A DNA stretch of 64,000 bases. Source: Candidatus Multivoradales bacterium. Lineage in GTDB: Bacteria > Acidobacteriota > Thermoanaerobaculia > Multivoradales > Multivoraceae. The stretch is from positions 3,264,001 through 3,328,000 of the forward strand of contig CBDCWI010000002.1 of the NCBI GenBank assembly GCA_965223325.1. Reading direction: 5' to 3'. A program made the position numbers and the translations under genes. The notes under the pieces were generated by a model. The model made no database searches and had not been told where the DNA came from. It worked only from the letters and a program-made list of their open reading frames with translations. Shown piece after piece: positions 17,226 to 27,401 of the stretch. Position 1 is the first letter of the stretch. Every line of letters starts with the position of its first letter.

Positions 17226-18550
17226 TGAACGACCTCGAGCTCGTTGAGCAGAACTGCCGGTGCTCGCGCCCAGACCGGTAGTCGCTGGCCGTCTTTGGCG
17301 CACCAGCCGGCTCCTGCTGGAATGGCCTCGGAGCCCACCGCAGTGACCGCATGAAGGACCTGATCGAGGCGCCCGCAGAGCACCCCTCCGCGTCTGCGGG
17401 TCCCGAGGCGTCCCTTTTCGACCCGGCGCCCGTAGTCGATCTCGACGGCGAAGCGACCGGTGAGCGGATCGAGTCGTCCCCGACTGGCGCGCTGAACCCA
17501 GATGCCGTCGTCGAGCGCCGGCATCTGGTCGTCTTCCTCGAGGCTTCCGGGCAACATCTCGAGGTGGCTGCAGCGTGGCAGCGGTGCAGAATGACGGCCG
17601 CTGCGCCGGCCGCCCCCGGGATGCCAACGGTCTGAGGCGCCGGCCCACAGGCGGTCAGCGATCGGATCCTCGACTTTGCCGGCCCGTATCAGCCAACGCC
17701 GCATGGTCGGCATCCCTTCGTCGTCGACCGAACGGCGGACCCCGAGTGGTGCCTCGGTTGGATCATCCAGAACGTCGATCTCGGCACCGCCCCAGATCTC
17801 GCCACTTATAGCGGCCCAGGGCGATCTCGCCAGGAGATCCGCCTCCATGCCGTGACCGATTGCCTCGTGCAGCAACACCGCAACCGCCGAAGGCGCCAAC
17901 AGGACGCGTTGTGTGCCGGCCTCTGTTGGCGGCGCCTCGCGCGCCAGAAAGCGCGCCACCATGGTTTCGGCGAGACGCGTTTCGGCCAGATCATCGGGCA
18001 CCGTCAAGAGGGTGCCGAACCGCCCGCCCGGCTGTTCGATCTCGACCGCCGCAAAGCATTCGAGCTGGGCGCCCGGCGCAAGATCGGGTCCCAGGCACCA
18101 GGTCGACCGGCGATGGAGTGTCACCTTGACCGCCACCGGAAACGCAACCCGCTCCTCGGCGATTCGCGCCAGCAAGCGACTCTCGAGACCGCGCAGGTGC
18201 TCTAGCTCGGCCGCCGGAGGCGCCGGCCAGCGCCCGGCTGAGAGCTCACCCGTGAGCCCCATCACCAGCGGCCGGCTCGACACCGCCTGTTGCAATGCAC
18301 TCTCGAGAGCAGCGCCATCGATGCGATCGCGACTGGCGAGGCGCGCGCGCCCAGTGCGCTCGACGATCCGCACCGCCAACCCCTCCTCCGTTCGCTGCTG
18401 GGTTGCTTCGCCCGTTGCGAGCACAGAGCTCTCGAGGCGTTCGCAGAAGACCTCGGCGATCGCGGCGTCCTCGGCGTAGCGCGAGAGCGCCCGGGACGCC
18501 GCTGCCGGATCGAGATCGGGAAACGAAGCTGCCGCCATGATCGGAATCAT
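17222..18550 (-). CDS. tldD: TldD-family metalloprotease (start 18550 or 18538)
   Basis: LLHEAIGHGMEAD zinc motif, DDEG, GWCAKDGQ Cys motif. Confidence 0.85.
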   Translation of the reverse strand: MIPIMAAASFPDLDPAAASRALSRYAEDAAIAEVFCERLESSVLATGEATQQRTEEGLAVRIVERTGRARLASRDRIDGAALESALQQAVSSRPLVMGLTGELSAGRWPAPPAAELEHLRGLESRLLARIAEERVAFPVAVKVTLHRRSTWCLGPDLAPGAQLECFAAVEIEQPGGRFGTLLTVPDDLAETRLAETMVARFLAREAPPTEAGTQRVLLAPSAVAVLLHEAIGHGMEADLLARSPWAAISGEIWGGAEIDVLDDPTEAPLGVRRSVDDEGMPTMRRWLIRAGKVEDPIADRLWAGASDRWHPGGGRRSGRHSAPLPRCSHLEMLPGSLEEDDQMPALDDGIWVQRASRGRLDPLTGRFAVEIDYGRRVEKGRLGTRRRGGVLCGRLDQVLHAVTAVGSEAIPAGAGWCAKDGQRLPVWARAPAVLLNELEVVH

Positions 18551-18679
18551 AGGGGTTCGGCTTGAGACTCGGTGTGGCGATTCGAACCCCGCCCTGACCC
18601 GACCGCAAACGCCCCCGGCTTCTGAGATACTCCGATTCGACCGAACCCCCTTTTCGCATCCCCTGGAGATCACTCGACC

Positions 18680-20284
18680 ATGGCGCAAGCAGACGGCAAG
18701 TCGGAGACCGGAGCCGCCACCTCGCCATCTGGAGAACCCGGCGATCCGCGCCTTCGTGAACTGCGTGAGCGATTGGAGCGGTCAAGACAAGGCGGCGGCA
18801 CCGCCCGCGTCGAGCGCCAACACGCTTCCGGGAAAATGACCGCTCGCGAGCGCGTCGAGATGCTGGTCGACCCCGGGTCGTTCACAGAACTCGACGCCCT
18901 CGTCACCCATCGCTGCAACGACTTCGGCATGGAGAAGCAGAAGATCCCTGGCGACGGCGTGATCTGCGGGCATGGCTCGATCGACGGACGTCTGGTCTAC
19001 GTCTTCGCGCAGGACTTCACCGTCTTCGGCGGCTCGCTGTCTGAGACCAACGCTCGCAAGATCTGTAAGGTCATGGACTTGGCGGTCGAGAACGGTGCAC
19101 CGCTGATCGGCTTGAACGACTCGGGAGGTGCGCGCATCCAAGAGGGCGTCGCCTCGCTCGGCGGCTATGCCGACATTTTTCTACGCAACACTCTCGCCAG
19201 CGGGGTGGTTCCCCAGGTCAGCGCCATCATGGGGCCCTGCGCTGGCGGTGCCGTGTACTCACCGGCAATCACAGACTTCATCTTCATGGTCGAGGACACG
19301 AGCTACATGTTCGTCACCGGACCCGACGTCATCAAGACGGTGACGCACGAAGAAGTCACCAAAGAGGAACTCGGTGGAGCCCAGACCCACGCTGCCAGGA
19401 GCGGAGTGAGCCACTTCTCGCGCGCCAACGACGCCGCCTGCCTGCTCTCGATCCGTGAGCTCCTGTCGTTCCTACCGAGCAACAACCTCGACGACCCGCC
19501 AATGGGCCCCACCGACGATCCCCCTGAGCGCGAAGACCCGAGTCTCGACGAGCTCGTCCCGGCGGATCCGAATCGCCCCTACGACATCAAAGACCTGATC
19601 ACCCGAGTCACGGACGACGGCAAGCTACTCGAGGTTCATGCCGAGTACGCGCGCAACCTGGTCGTCGGCTTCGCACGCTTTGGCGGCCGGCCGGTGGGCA
19701 TTGTCGCCAACCAACCGGCCTGGCTGGCAGGGGTGCTCGATATCGACGCCTCGCTCAAGGGCGCGCGCTTCGTTCGTTTCTGCGACGCCTTCAACATTCC
19801 GCTGGTCACCTTCGAGGATGTTCCCGGGTTTCTCCCTGGTACGCAGCAGGAGTTCGGCGGCATCATCAAACACGGCGCCAAGCTGCTCTACGCCTTCGCC
19901 GAAGCCACCGTCCCCAAGATCACCTGCATTACTCGCAAGGCCTACGGGGGTGCCTATTGCGTGATGGCTTCCAAGCACATTCGCACCGACTACAATCTCG
20001 CCTACCCAAGCGCTGAGATTGCGGTCATGGGACCCTCGGGAGCAGTCAATATCCTCTACCGGCGCGAGCTCGTCGATGCTGCTGACCCGGAGGCTGAACG
20101 CCAGCGTTTGAGCGACGAGTACCGAGAGAAGTTCTCCAATCCCTACATCGCGGCCGAGCGCGGCTTCGTCGACGCGGTCATCGAGCCGCGGCGCACGCGG
20201 CCGGAGATCGTGCGTGCGTTACGCCAGCTGGGTAGCAAGCGGGCGAGCATGCCAGCCAAGAAGCACGGCAACATCCCGCTCTAG
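18680..20284 (+). CDS. pccB: Acyl-CoA (propionyl/methylmalonyl-CoA) carboxyltransferase beta subunit
   Basis: [51 protein letters not shown]. Confidence 0.93.
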   Translation: MAQADGKSETGAATSPSGEPGDPRLRELRERLERSRQGGGTARVERQHASGKMTARERVEMLVDPGSFTELDALVTHRCNDFGMEKQKIPGDGVICGHGSIDGRLVYVFAQDFTVFGGSLSETNARKICKVMDLAVENGAPLIGLNDSGGARIQEGVASLGGYADIFLRNTLASGVVPQVSAIMGPCAGGAVYSPAITDFIFMVEDTSYMFVTGPDVIKTVTHEEVTKEELGGAQTHAARSGVSHFSRANDAACLLSIRELLSFLPSNNLDDPPMGPTDDPPEREDPSLDELVPADPNRPYDIKDLITRVTDDGKLLEVHAEYARNLVVGFARFGGRPVGIVANQPAWLAGVLDIDASLKGARFVRFCDAFNIPLVTFEDVPGFLPGTQQEFGGIIKHGAKLLYAFAEATVPKITCITRKAYGGAYCVMASKHIRTDYNLAYPSAEIAVMGPSGAVNILYRRELVDAADPEAERQRLSDEYREKFSNPYIAAERGFVDAVIEPRRTRPEIVRALRQLGSKRASMPAKKHGNIPL

Positions 20285-20319
20285 AAACGGTTGACAAGTA
20301 CCACTACCTGTGAGGCCCC

Positions 20320-20844
20320 TTGACCTTGAGTTCTGAAGTTCGTGTCGGCATCGTGATGGGAAGTGAGTCGGACTGGCCGACCATGAAAAAGGGGGCTCTG
20401 ATCCTCGAAGAGTTTGGCGTTGGCTACCAAGTGCGGGTTCTTTCCGCGCACCGAACACCCGCCGAGGCACACGAGTGGGCAGCGACGGCCTCAGACCGCG
20501 GGCTCGAAGTGCTGATCGCCGGCGCTGGACTGGCGGCTCATCTGCCGGGTGTGATGGCGGCGACGACGGTCCTGCCGGTGATCGGAGTGCCCGTTGCCTC
20601 GGGTGCCTTCTCGGGGGTGGACGCGCTCTTGGCGATCGTGCAGATGCCGCCCGGCATCCCCGTTGCGACGGTTGGCGCCGGGCGTGCCGACAACGCCGCG
20701 CTGCTCGCCCTTCAGATCATGGCCGGTGCCGATGCCACGCTGCGCCAACAGATGATCGAGTATCGCGACCGCATGCGTGAGCGCGTCCTGGCCGCCGACG
20801 CCAAACTGCAGGGCGATGTCGCTGCCAACGGCGCGCGCACATAG
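20320..20844 (+). CDS. purE: N5-CAIR mutase
   Basis: VMGSESD, SAHRTP, AGAGLAAHLPG, QMPPGIPVATV. Confidence 0.96.
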   Translation: MTLSSEVRVGIVMGSESDWPTMKKGALILEEFGVGYQVRVLSAHRTPAEAHEWAATASDRGLEVLIAGAGLAAHLPGVMAATTVLPVIGVPVASGAFSGVDALLAIVQMPPGIPVATVGAGRADNAALLALQIMAGADATLRQQMIEYRDRMRERVLAADAKLQGDVAANGART

Positions 20845-20854
20845 GATTGCTGCC

Positions 20855-21295
20855 ATGGTAACCATCGCGATTGGAGCCGACCACGCCGGCTGGCAGCTCA
20901 AAGACCAGGTCGCCGGCTGGCTCCAGCAGCGCGGCCTCGACGTTCTCAACCTGGGGACCGACGGCGCGGCGAGCGTTGACTATCCCGACTTCGGACGGGC
21001 CGTTGCCGAAGCAGTGGCGAACGGCGAAGCCGCAATGGGCATCCTGGTTTGCGGCACCGGTCTGGGCATGTCCATGACCGCCAACAAGGTCGACGGCATT
21101 CGCGCCGCCTGCGTCAGCGACAGCTACTCCGCTGCCATGGCTCGCGAGCACAACGACGCCAACGTTTTGTGTTTCGGGGCGCGCGTGGTGGGCGCGGGCG
21201 TAGCGCATGAGATCGTCGCACGCTTTCTCGACACACCCTTTGCCGGAGGGCGTCACGCAGCGCGCGTCGCCAAGATCTCAGACGCTTCGGGCTAG
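20855..21295 (+). CDS. rpiB: Ribose-5-phosphate isomerase B
   Basis: GADHAG, SVDYPD, CGTGLG, ANKVDGIRAA, HNDANVL, FAGGRH. Confidence 0.96.
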   Translation: MVTIAIGADHAGWQLKDQVAGWLQQRGLDVLNLGTDGAASVDYPDFGRAVAEAVANGEAAMGILVCGTGLGMSMTANKVDGIRAACVSDSYSAAMAREHNDANVLCFGARVVGAGVAHEIVARFLDTPFAGGRHAARVAKISDASG

Positions 21296-21313
21296 CGACA
21301 GCAGTTGGATGGA

Positions 21314-22753
21314 CTAAGCGGTCTTCAATTGGCGCGCCGGAACCGGGCGCCCAAAGCGCTCATAGAGCAAAGGCCTGAGGTCGCCAACCAGATAGAGCGA
21401 ACCACAGGCAAGCAACAGGTCCGGGCCAGCCGGCCGATGGAGCGCTTCGAGCGCCCTATCGAGGGCGCGCTCGACGTCTGGTTCAACGGCAATCAGGGCG
21501 GGGTCGTTGCCGGGACCCACTTCGTCGAACTCAACCGCCACGAGGTCAGCGAGGCGTCCCGCAGGGTGAGCCTCGCCTTCCCGCGGCTCGGTCACCGTCA
21601 CCCGGCGAGCGCGCCGGGCCAGACGCGGCAAGATTGCCTCGACCCGTTTGCGGCGCAGACTGGCAAACAAGAGGTCGATCGCAAGCGGTCTCCCACCGAT
21701 GCCCGCCCCATCGATCCAACGACAGAGCGCGCGCGCTGCCGAAGCGTTGTGCGCACCGTCCAGGAGGATCGCGCGACGCGCGTCGATCTCGATGCGCTCG
21801 AGCCGACCGGGCCAACGGCAGCTGGCCAGCCCGGCAAGCATCGTCTCTGGTTCGAGGCGGTCGAAGCCCAGGCGCGCAAGCTCCGTCGCGGCGGCAACCG
21901 CGAGGGTCGCATTCGTCGCCTGATGACTACCGAGTAGATGAACCTCGGCCTCGACTTCATCCCCAGACGGCAAAGGAATGCGCCAACACGGAGGCCAGGC
22001 CGCACGATCGGGAAGAGCGACTCGCTCCGGAGGCGGCAACTGGGCCACATCGACGGCCAGGGGAGCACCGATCTCCTCAGCGATCTGGCGCAACGTAGAA
22101 CCCACGACCGGCGGCCTTCCCCAGGTCACCAGCGGGACTCCGGGCCGCAAGATGCCAGCCTTCTCACCAGCGATCTCGCTCAGCGACTCGCCGAGAATGT
22201 TCTGGTGATCGTGACCGATCGAGGTGATCACCGAGAGCAACGGCGTTCCTGTGTTGGTGGCATCGAGTCGGCCACCCAGTCCGACCTCGAAAACCGCCAG
22301 GTCACACTGTTGACGAGAGAACCACAGGCGAGCCGCTGCGGTGAGGGCCTCGAAGTAGGAGGGCAACGCTCCGAGAGTCTCGCGGCTGGCGACCAGGACC
22401 TCGTCCAGCACGGCTGCCAGATCGGCAGTCGCAATCGCCTCACCATCGATGCGTAGACGTTCCTCTGGCCCCTCGAGATGGGGCGACGTATAGAGCCCCG
22501 TACGGTAACCGGCTGCACTGGTCATTGCCGCCAGCAGCGCCGACGTCGACCCCTTACCGTTGGTCCCGGCAACGAGCACGAAGGGCACCTCGGCTTCAGG
22601 GTTGCCCAGCACCGCCAGGAGCGCCCGGATGGGTTCGAGACCGAGCTTGCCGCCGAACTGGTCGAGTTGTTCGAGCAGCGACGCGAGGGCTGTCCCGGCC
22701 TCCGGACCAGCCGGGCCGGGTGCCCTGGACGGGAGCGGAGATTCTTCGGTCAC
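21314..22753 (-). CDS. folC: Folylpolyglutamate synthase/dihydrofolate synthase
   Basis: VAGTNGKGST, YTSPHL, EVGLGGRLDATN, WPGRLE, DGAHN, GSLYLVG. Confidence 0.95.
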   Translation of the reverse strand: MTEESPLPSRAPGPAGPEAGTALASLLEQLDQFGGKLGLEPIRALLAVLGNPEAEVPFVLVAGTNGKGSTSALLAAMTSAAGYRTGLYTSPHLEGPEERLRIDGEAIATADLAAVLDEVLVASRETLGALPSYFEALTAAARLWFSRQQCDLAVFEVGLGGRLDATNTGTPLLSVITSIGHDHQNILGESLSEIAGEKAGILRPGVPLVTWGRPPVVGSTLRQIAEEIGAPLAVDVAQLPPPERVALPDRAAWPPCWRIPLPSGDEVEAEVHLLGSHQATNATLAVAAATELARLGFDRLEPETMLAGLASCRWPGRLERIEIDARRAILLDGAHNASAARALCRWIDGAGIGGRPLAIDLLFASLRRKRVEAILPRLARRARRVTVTEPREGEAHPAGRLADLVAVEFDEVGPGNDPALIAVEPDVERALDRALEALHRPAGPDLLLACGSLYLVGDLRPLLYERFGRPVPARQLKTA

Positions 22754-23676
22754 CGCTGGCCGGACAATGCCTTCCTGGCCCGGCGCCCGGAGCGAGTGCC
22801 CTTCTTCTGCTTGCCGCCGGCGGCCTCCTGTGCGCCCCCGAGGAGTCTCAGAAGGCGCCCGAGCGTTTCTTTGAGCTCGGTCCGTGGCACGACGAGATCG
22901 AGGAAGCCGCGCGCGAGGAGAAACTCGGCGCGCTGAAAGCCTTCGGGAAGCGTCTCGCCGATCGTCTGTTCGATGACGCGCGGCCCGGCAAAGCCGATCA
23001 ACGCGCCAGGCTCCGAGATGTTCACATCGCCGAGCATCGCGAACGACGCCGTAACTCCGCCGGTGGTCGGGTCGGTGAGCACTGAAAGGTAGGGCAACCG
23101 ATGCTCGCGCAGACGGGCGAGAGCGGCCGAGATCTTCGCCATCTGCATCAGCGACAGGGCCCCCTCCTGCATACGGGCGCCACCAGAGGCCGACACGATA
23201 ACCAACGGCAAGCCCTCGGCGACCGCCGTCTCAATACCGCGCACGATGCGTTCGCCGACGACTGACCCCATCGAGCCGCCCATGAACTCGTAGTTCATCA
23301 CCGCCATGATCAGCGGGATCTCGTCGAGGGTGCCACGCACGACGGTAACCGCATCCCACTCGTCGAGCTTCTTCTGGTAACGCTCGAGCCGAGCGGTGTA
23401 GGGCTGCGAGTCTTCGAAGCCGAGGGGGTCGGTTGGCACGACCTTGTCGAAAAGGACCTCCGGCTCGGCATCGAGCAGCAGTTCGAGTCGACTCTTGACC
23501 GGAATGCGGAAGTGGTGGCCGCACTTCGGACAGATCCGGAAAGTGCGCTCGAGCTCCTTCGAATAGATGATCTCGCTGCAGCCCGCGCAGCGCACCCACA
23601 AGCCCTCGGGCACCGAGCTGCGCTGATCGCCGGAGCGAACGGCTTTGGGTTTCTTGGCTTTGCGGAACCAGGCCAC
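22750..23676 (-). CDS. accD: Acetyl-CoA carboxylase carboxyltransferase beta
   Basis: GTG start at (M)AWFRK; PEGLWVRC..C and CPKC zinc finger, FMGGSMGSVVGE, SGGARMQEG, PTTGGVTASF; conserved accD-folC coupling. Confidence 0.95.
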   Translation of the reverse strand: MAWFRKAKKPKAVRSGDQRSSVPEGLWVRCAGCSEIIYSKELERTFRICPKCGHHFRIPVKSRLELLLDAEPEVLFDKVVPTDPLGFEDSQPYTARLERYQKKLDEWDAVTVVRGTLDEIPLIMAVMNYEFMGGSMGSVVGERIVRGIETAVAEGLPLVIVSASGGARMQEGALSLMQMAKISAALARLREHRLPYLSVLTDPTTGGVTASFAMLGDVNISEPGALIGFAGPRVIEQTIGETLPEGFQRAEFLLARGFLDLVVPRTELKETLGRLLRLLGGAQEAAGGKQKKGTRSGRRARKALSGQR

Positions 23677-23976
23677 GGAAGTCCTCGGTCTTGGTTTGAG
23701 GACGCGCGCAAACAGCCCGTGCGGCCGCGAGTCCCCGGAGGTGTGGGCAACGAGGATAGCGCGTGTGCGCCGCCACGGTGGCCAACGCGCCCATCTGAAG
23801 GCCGAACGTCTCGACAAGGCGAGCCCGTGCGCCGGCATGCGATCGGTCTCGCGGCGCGCCGGCCCGGTGGTCGCCAGGGCGCGCGGGCAGCTAGAATCGA
23901 CCTTCCAGCACAAGCTCGGCACCGTCTGGGAGCCAGAGCTGTGCCCGGGGTTCATTGATCTGATCGGAGTTCTCGA

Positions 23977-24726
23977 ATGGCTGGCCATTCCAAGTGGGCC
24001 AATACCAAGCACCGCAAGGCGGCAGTCGACGCCAAGCGCGGAAAGCTCTTCACCCGCCTTCTCAAGGAAGTCGCAGTAGCGGCGCGCATGGGAGGCGGCG
24101 ACCCTGCAGGCAACCCGCGCCTGCGCACAGCGGTCGACGACGCGCGGTCGAAGAACGTCCCCAACGACAACATCGAGCGGGCCATCAAGCGCGGCACCGG
24201 CGAACTCGAGGGGGTCGACTACGAGGAGATCACCTACGAAGGCTACGGCCCGGGCGGTGTGGCAATCCTGGTCGAAGCCATGACCGACAACAAGAACCGC
24301 ACGGTCGGCGAGCTCCGCCACACGTTCTCGCGCTACGGTGGCAACCTCGGTGAAACCAACTGCGTGGCCTGGATGTTCGATCGCAAGGGGTTGTTCGCCT
24401 TCGCGCCTGATTCAATGGACGAAGAGGCATTCATGGAACTGGCGCTCGAGCTCGAAGTCGACGACGTAACGATCGACGAAGACGGCTACAGCATCCTGAC
24501 CTCCTTCGAGGACTACAACCGCGTTCGCGACGCCCTCGCCGAGCGCGAGGGAATCGAGCCGACCGTCAAGCAGGTGGCGATGATTCCGCAAACCGAAGTC
24601 GCGGTCGAGGCGGGCGAAGCCGGCACGCTTCTCAAGCTGCTCGAGGCGCTCGAAGACAACGACGACACGCAGAACGTGTGGGCCAACTGCGACATCGACG
24701 AATCGGTGTTGGAGAGCGTCAACTGA
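23977..24726 (+). CDS. yebC: YebC/PmpR family protein
   Basis: MAGHSKWAN.KHRK, NPRLR, YEGYGPGG, TDNKNRT. Confidence 0.97.
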   Translation: MAGHSKWANTKHRKAAVDAKRGKLFTRLLKEVAVAARMGGGDPAGNPRLRTAVDDARSKNVPNDNIERAIKRGTGELEGVDYEEITYEGYGPGGVAILVEAMTDNKNRTVGELRHTFSRYGGNLGETNCVAWMFDRKGLFAFAPDSMDEEAFMELALELEVDDVTIDEDGYSILTSFEDYNRVRDALAEREGIEPTVKQVAMIPQTEVAVEAGEAGTLLKLLEALEDNDDTQNVWANCDIDESVLESVN

Positions 24727-25247
24727 ACAAAGCTCCCCAGGCCAAGCGTTTTCTGGGACTCGACCCGGGCAGCCGCGCGACCGGATGGGGAGTCATCGAA
24801 CAGTCCGGCTCTCTGCTACGGCTGGTTGAGTGCGGCACCATCAAGCCAGACACAAGTGGCCGACTCCCACAGCGCCTCGCCGCGCTCGGTCGCTCGGTGG
24901 ACGGTCTGATGGTGCGCTGGCGGCCCGACGCGGTCGCCCTCGAATCGGTGTTCCACGGGCCCAACACGCGCAGCCTGATCGTGCTGGCGCAGGCTCGTGG
25001 TGCGCTTCTGATGCGGCTCGCCGAGCGCACCGACCAGATCGCCGAGTACTCACCGGCCGAGATCAAGCAGGCGGTCACTGGCAACGGCCGAGCGGACAAA
25101 ACCCAGGTTGCGCGCATGGTGGCAATCTTGCTGGGACGTAGAGAGGTCGAAGCGAGCGCTGACGCCACCGACGCGCTAGCGGTCGCCCTGTGCTGTGCCC
25201 ACCGCTGGCGAAGCGACCGGCTCGCCGCCAAGGCTCTCGAACGCTGA
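24678..25247 (+). CDS. ruvC: Holliday junction resolvase (true start probably near 24723)
   Basis: LGLDPGS, TGWGVI, EYSPAEIKQAVTGNGRADKTQV, DATDALAVA; yebC-ruvC synteny. Confidence 0.93.
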   Translation: MGQLRHRRIGVGERQLNKAPQAKRFLGLDPGSRATGWGVIEQSGSLLRLVECGTIKPDTSGRLPQRLAALGRSVDGLMVRWRPDAVALESVFHGPNTRSLIVLAQARGALLMRLAERTDQIAEYSPAEIKQAVTGNGRADKTQVARMVAILLGRREVEASADATDALAVALCCAHRWRSDRLAAKALER

Positions 25248-25295
25248 CCTGGGCGCGCCGCGCCCCCCGCCCGACAAGATCCGAGGCCCTTGATC

Positions 25296-25325
25296 TTGCC
25301 CACGTTTCGGGCCTCATGGTAAGAT
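25296..25325 (+). promoter_or_regulatory. Putative sigma70 promoter for the exbB operon
   Basis: TTGCCC-N18-TAAGAT with a TG extended -10. Confidence 0.45.
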
Positions 25326-25664
25326 AGTCTTCTTACGTCAAAGCAATTCTGAGCGCGGCCGTCGTCTATCGATCGGCCCTGTCGGGGCCCTTTTCGAAGG
25401 ACCTCCAGGGGGTTCGATCGTGGTTCGAACGCCGGTCGCCACTGCTCCCCCGTCGCCAACCCGGGCGAGGGTGCGAAGGTTTGGCGGTGTTGTTTGTGTT
25501 CCCTCCTACGCCTTGGTGGCTCGGATGGTCACCAGGAACGCCGAGAGGCCCCGAGTCGGACCTCAGACAGGCCTTCGGGGAGGCGTTCAACAAAGCCTCC
25601 AGGAGAGTCGGGAACTCGATTCGCCGAATGCGAGTCAGAATCTACTAGGAAGGAGACCAGATCG

Positions 25665-26354
25665 ATGGACAATTTCACCAGCGACGTCATGAGGCTGTTC
25701 CAGGAGGGCGGGCCTGTCATGTGGGTCCTTCTGGTTTTTTCGATCATCGCGTTCGCCGTCACGATTGAACGTTTCTTCGCCCTGCAGCGCGCCAAGATCG
25801 ACGTCAACGCTTTCCTCGCCAAGATCCGTAAAGCACTGCTCGTGAACCGCTCGGTCCGCGAAGCTGTCAAGGTCTGCGAGCAGACTCGCGGCCCCGTCGC
25901 CTCGATCATGAAAGCCGGCCTGCTCAAGTACGGTTACCCGAAAGAAGAAGTCGAGAAGACCATCGAGAACGCCGCCATGTTCGAAATGGGTCGTCTCGAA
26001 CGCTGGCTGCCGATCCTGGCCACCACCGCCAACGTCGCTCCGCTGCTCGGTTTCTTCGGAACCGTCACCGGCATGATCCGTTCGTTCGACGCACTCGCCG
26101 AGGCCGGCCTGTCCGATCCCGGCCTGGTTGCCAGCGGTATCAAGGAAGCCTTGACCACCACGGCCGCCGGTCTTGCCGTCGCCATTCCGTTCCAGCTGGT
26201 CTACAACTACTTCACCAGCCGCATCAATCGCTTCGTGCGCGACATCGAAACCTCGGCCAACATGTTGCTCGAGACTTTCGGTGAGATGGAACGCTCTGGC
26301 ATTCGCCCCGACGGTGGCGCTGCCGCAGCTAGCCCCGCCAAGCCACAGACGTAG
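25665..26354 (+). CDS. exbB: MotA/TolQ/ExbB proton channel protein
   Basis: GGPVMWVL, APLLGFFGTVTGMI, GIKEALTTTAAGLAVAIP; AGGAG RBS. Confidence 0.93.
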   Translation: MDNFTSDVMRLFQEGGPVMWVLLVFSIIAFAVTIERFFALQRAKIDVNAFLAKIRKALLVNRSVREAVKVCEQTRGPVASIMKAGLLKYGYPKEEVEKTIENAAMFEMGRLERWLPILATTANVAPLLGFFGTVTGMIRSFDALAEAGLSDPGLVASGIKEALTTTAAGLAVAIPFQLVYNYFTSRINRFVRDIETSANMLLETFGEMERSGIRPDGGAAAASPAKPQT

Positions 26355-26392
26355 TCCGTAGACGGTTCCACTTCAAGTTATAGGGGTCTTCC

Positions 26393-26821
26393 ATGAAGCT
26401 CCATGCCGGTAAGCAAACTGAGCCTTCAATTCCCACGGCATCGATGGCCGACATCGCCTTCCTGCTGATCATCTTCTTCATGTTGACCATCACCTTCGAG
26501 GTCGACAAGACGAAGGTCGAGCTGCCGCGGACCGAGTTGCGGGTCGAGATTCCGAAGAAGGCCGCCTACGTGACCGTCAACCGAGAAGGTCTGATCACGG
26601 TCAGCTCGGGCGAGGAGATGAGTGCTCCCGTTCCGAGTGCAGAAGAGGTGGTGTCCTTTGCCTCAGGTGTCGTCACTGCGAACCCCAGCAAGGAGTTCGT
26701 TCTGAAGGCCGACGCAAACACGCCGTACTCCAAGGTCGACGAGCTCATCGACGCGCTCAAGCGCGCCGAGGTCCGCGTCATCTATCTGCTGTCCGATCAG
26801 GTCCTTCGCGAAGGCGCCTAG
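26393..26821 (+). CDS. exbD: ExbD/TolR family protein
   Basis: SMADIAFLLIIFFM with the conserved TM Asp; LKAD...Y. Confidence 0.92.
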   Translation: MKLHAGKQTEPSIPTASMADIAFLLIIFFMLTITFEVDKTKVELPRTELRVEIPKKAAYVTVNREGLITVSSGEEMSAPVPSAEEVVSFASGVVTANPSKEFVLKADANTPYSKVDELIDALKRAEVRVIYLLSDQVLREGA

Positions 26822-26853
26822 CGGGTCGAGAACTGGAATAAGGAAAGAATGAG

Positions 26854-27294
26854 ATGAAGATCGAACGCGAAAAAATGGACGACGAGATCCCGACCTCGTC
26901 GATGGCGGACATCGCCTTCCTGCTGATCATCTATTTCATGGTTACAACCACGTTCACCGCTACCCGCGGCCTGGACTTTCAGCTACCAAAAGACGACGAC
27001 TCGCCCCCAGTGGTCGAGAAGGAAGACTCGGTGCTGATCGACATCCAGCCTGGCGGCGTGATCATGGTCGACCAGAAGCCGATGGAAGTCGGCGCGATTC
27101 TCGACTATCTGGCCCCCAAGCTGGAACGTAATCCGAAGAAGCCGGTGATCATCAAGCCGGACCCCGCGTCCGAGTACAAGCACATGGTGACTGTGCTCGA
27201 CACTCTGCGACGCGCAACCGACGACAAGCGCTTCAAGGAAGAAGTTCGTATCTCCATCCCGACACGTCGCGAGATCGAGAGCTTCTGGTACTGA
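26854..27294 (+). CDS. exbD: Second ExbD/TolR family protein
   Basis: SMADIAFLLIIYFMVTT, IKPD...Y..MV.VLD. Confidence 0.92.
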   Translation: MKIEREKMDDEIPTSSMADIAFLLIIYFMVTTTFTATRGLDFQLPKDDDSPPVVEKEDSVLIDIQPGGVIMVDQKPMEVGAILDYLAPKLERNPKKPVIIKPDPASEYKHMVTVLDTLRRATDDKRFKEEVRISIPTRREIESFWY

Positions 27295-27401
27295 TCTAGA
27301 GCTAGCCAGACCGGGACCGAAAGGTCCCGGGCTCGCAGCTCTTCCAGGATCGGCGCCAAACAGACCCAGTCAACCGAACGAGTCGAAACCGGAGCCAATT
27401 T

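Noticed and set aside
17226-17648. N-terminal extension of the PmbA ORF, and similar extensions of the GT26, TPR, exbB and rpiB ORFs
   Set aside because: Artefacts of longest-ORF calling in high-GC DNA; downstream starts with RBS or stop/start overlaps fit better.
18560-18600. tRNA-like T-loop (GGGGTTCGAATC on the minus strand)
   Set aside because: The T-stem does not pair, and no acceptor, D or anticodon arms can be built.
23677-24321. Long N-terminal extension of accD in the ORF track (523 aa)
   Set aside because: It overlaps yebC antisense; AccD homology begins at the GTG at 23676.
25409-25441. GGTTCGA motifs ending in CCA, suggesting a tRNA 3' half
   Set aside because: No cloverleaf can be formed; better explained as a local inverted repeat in the leader.
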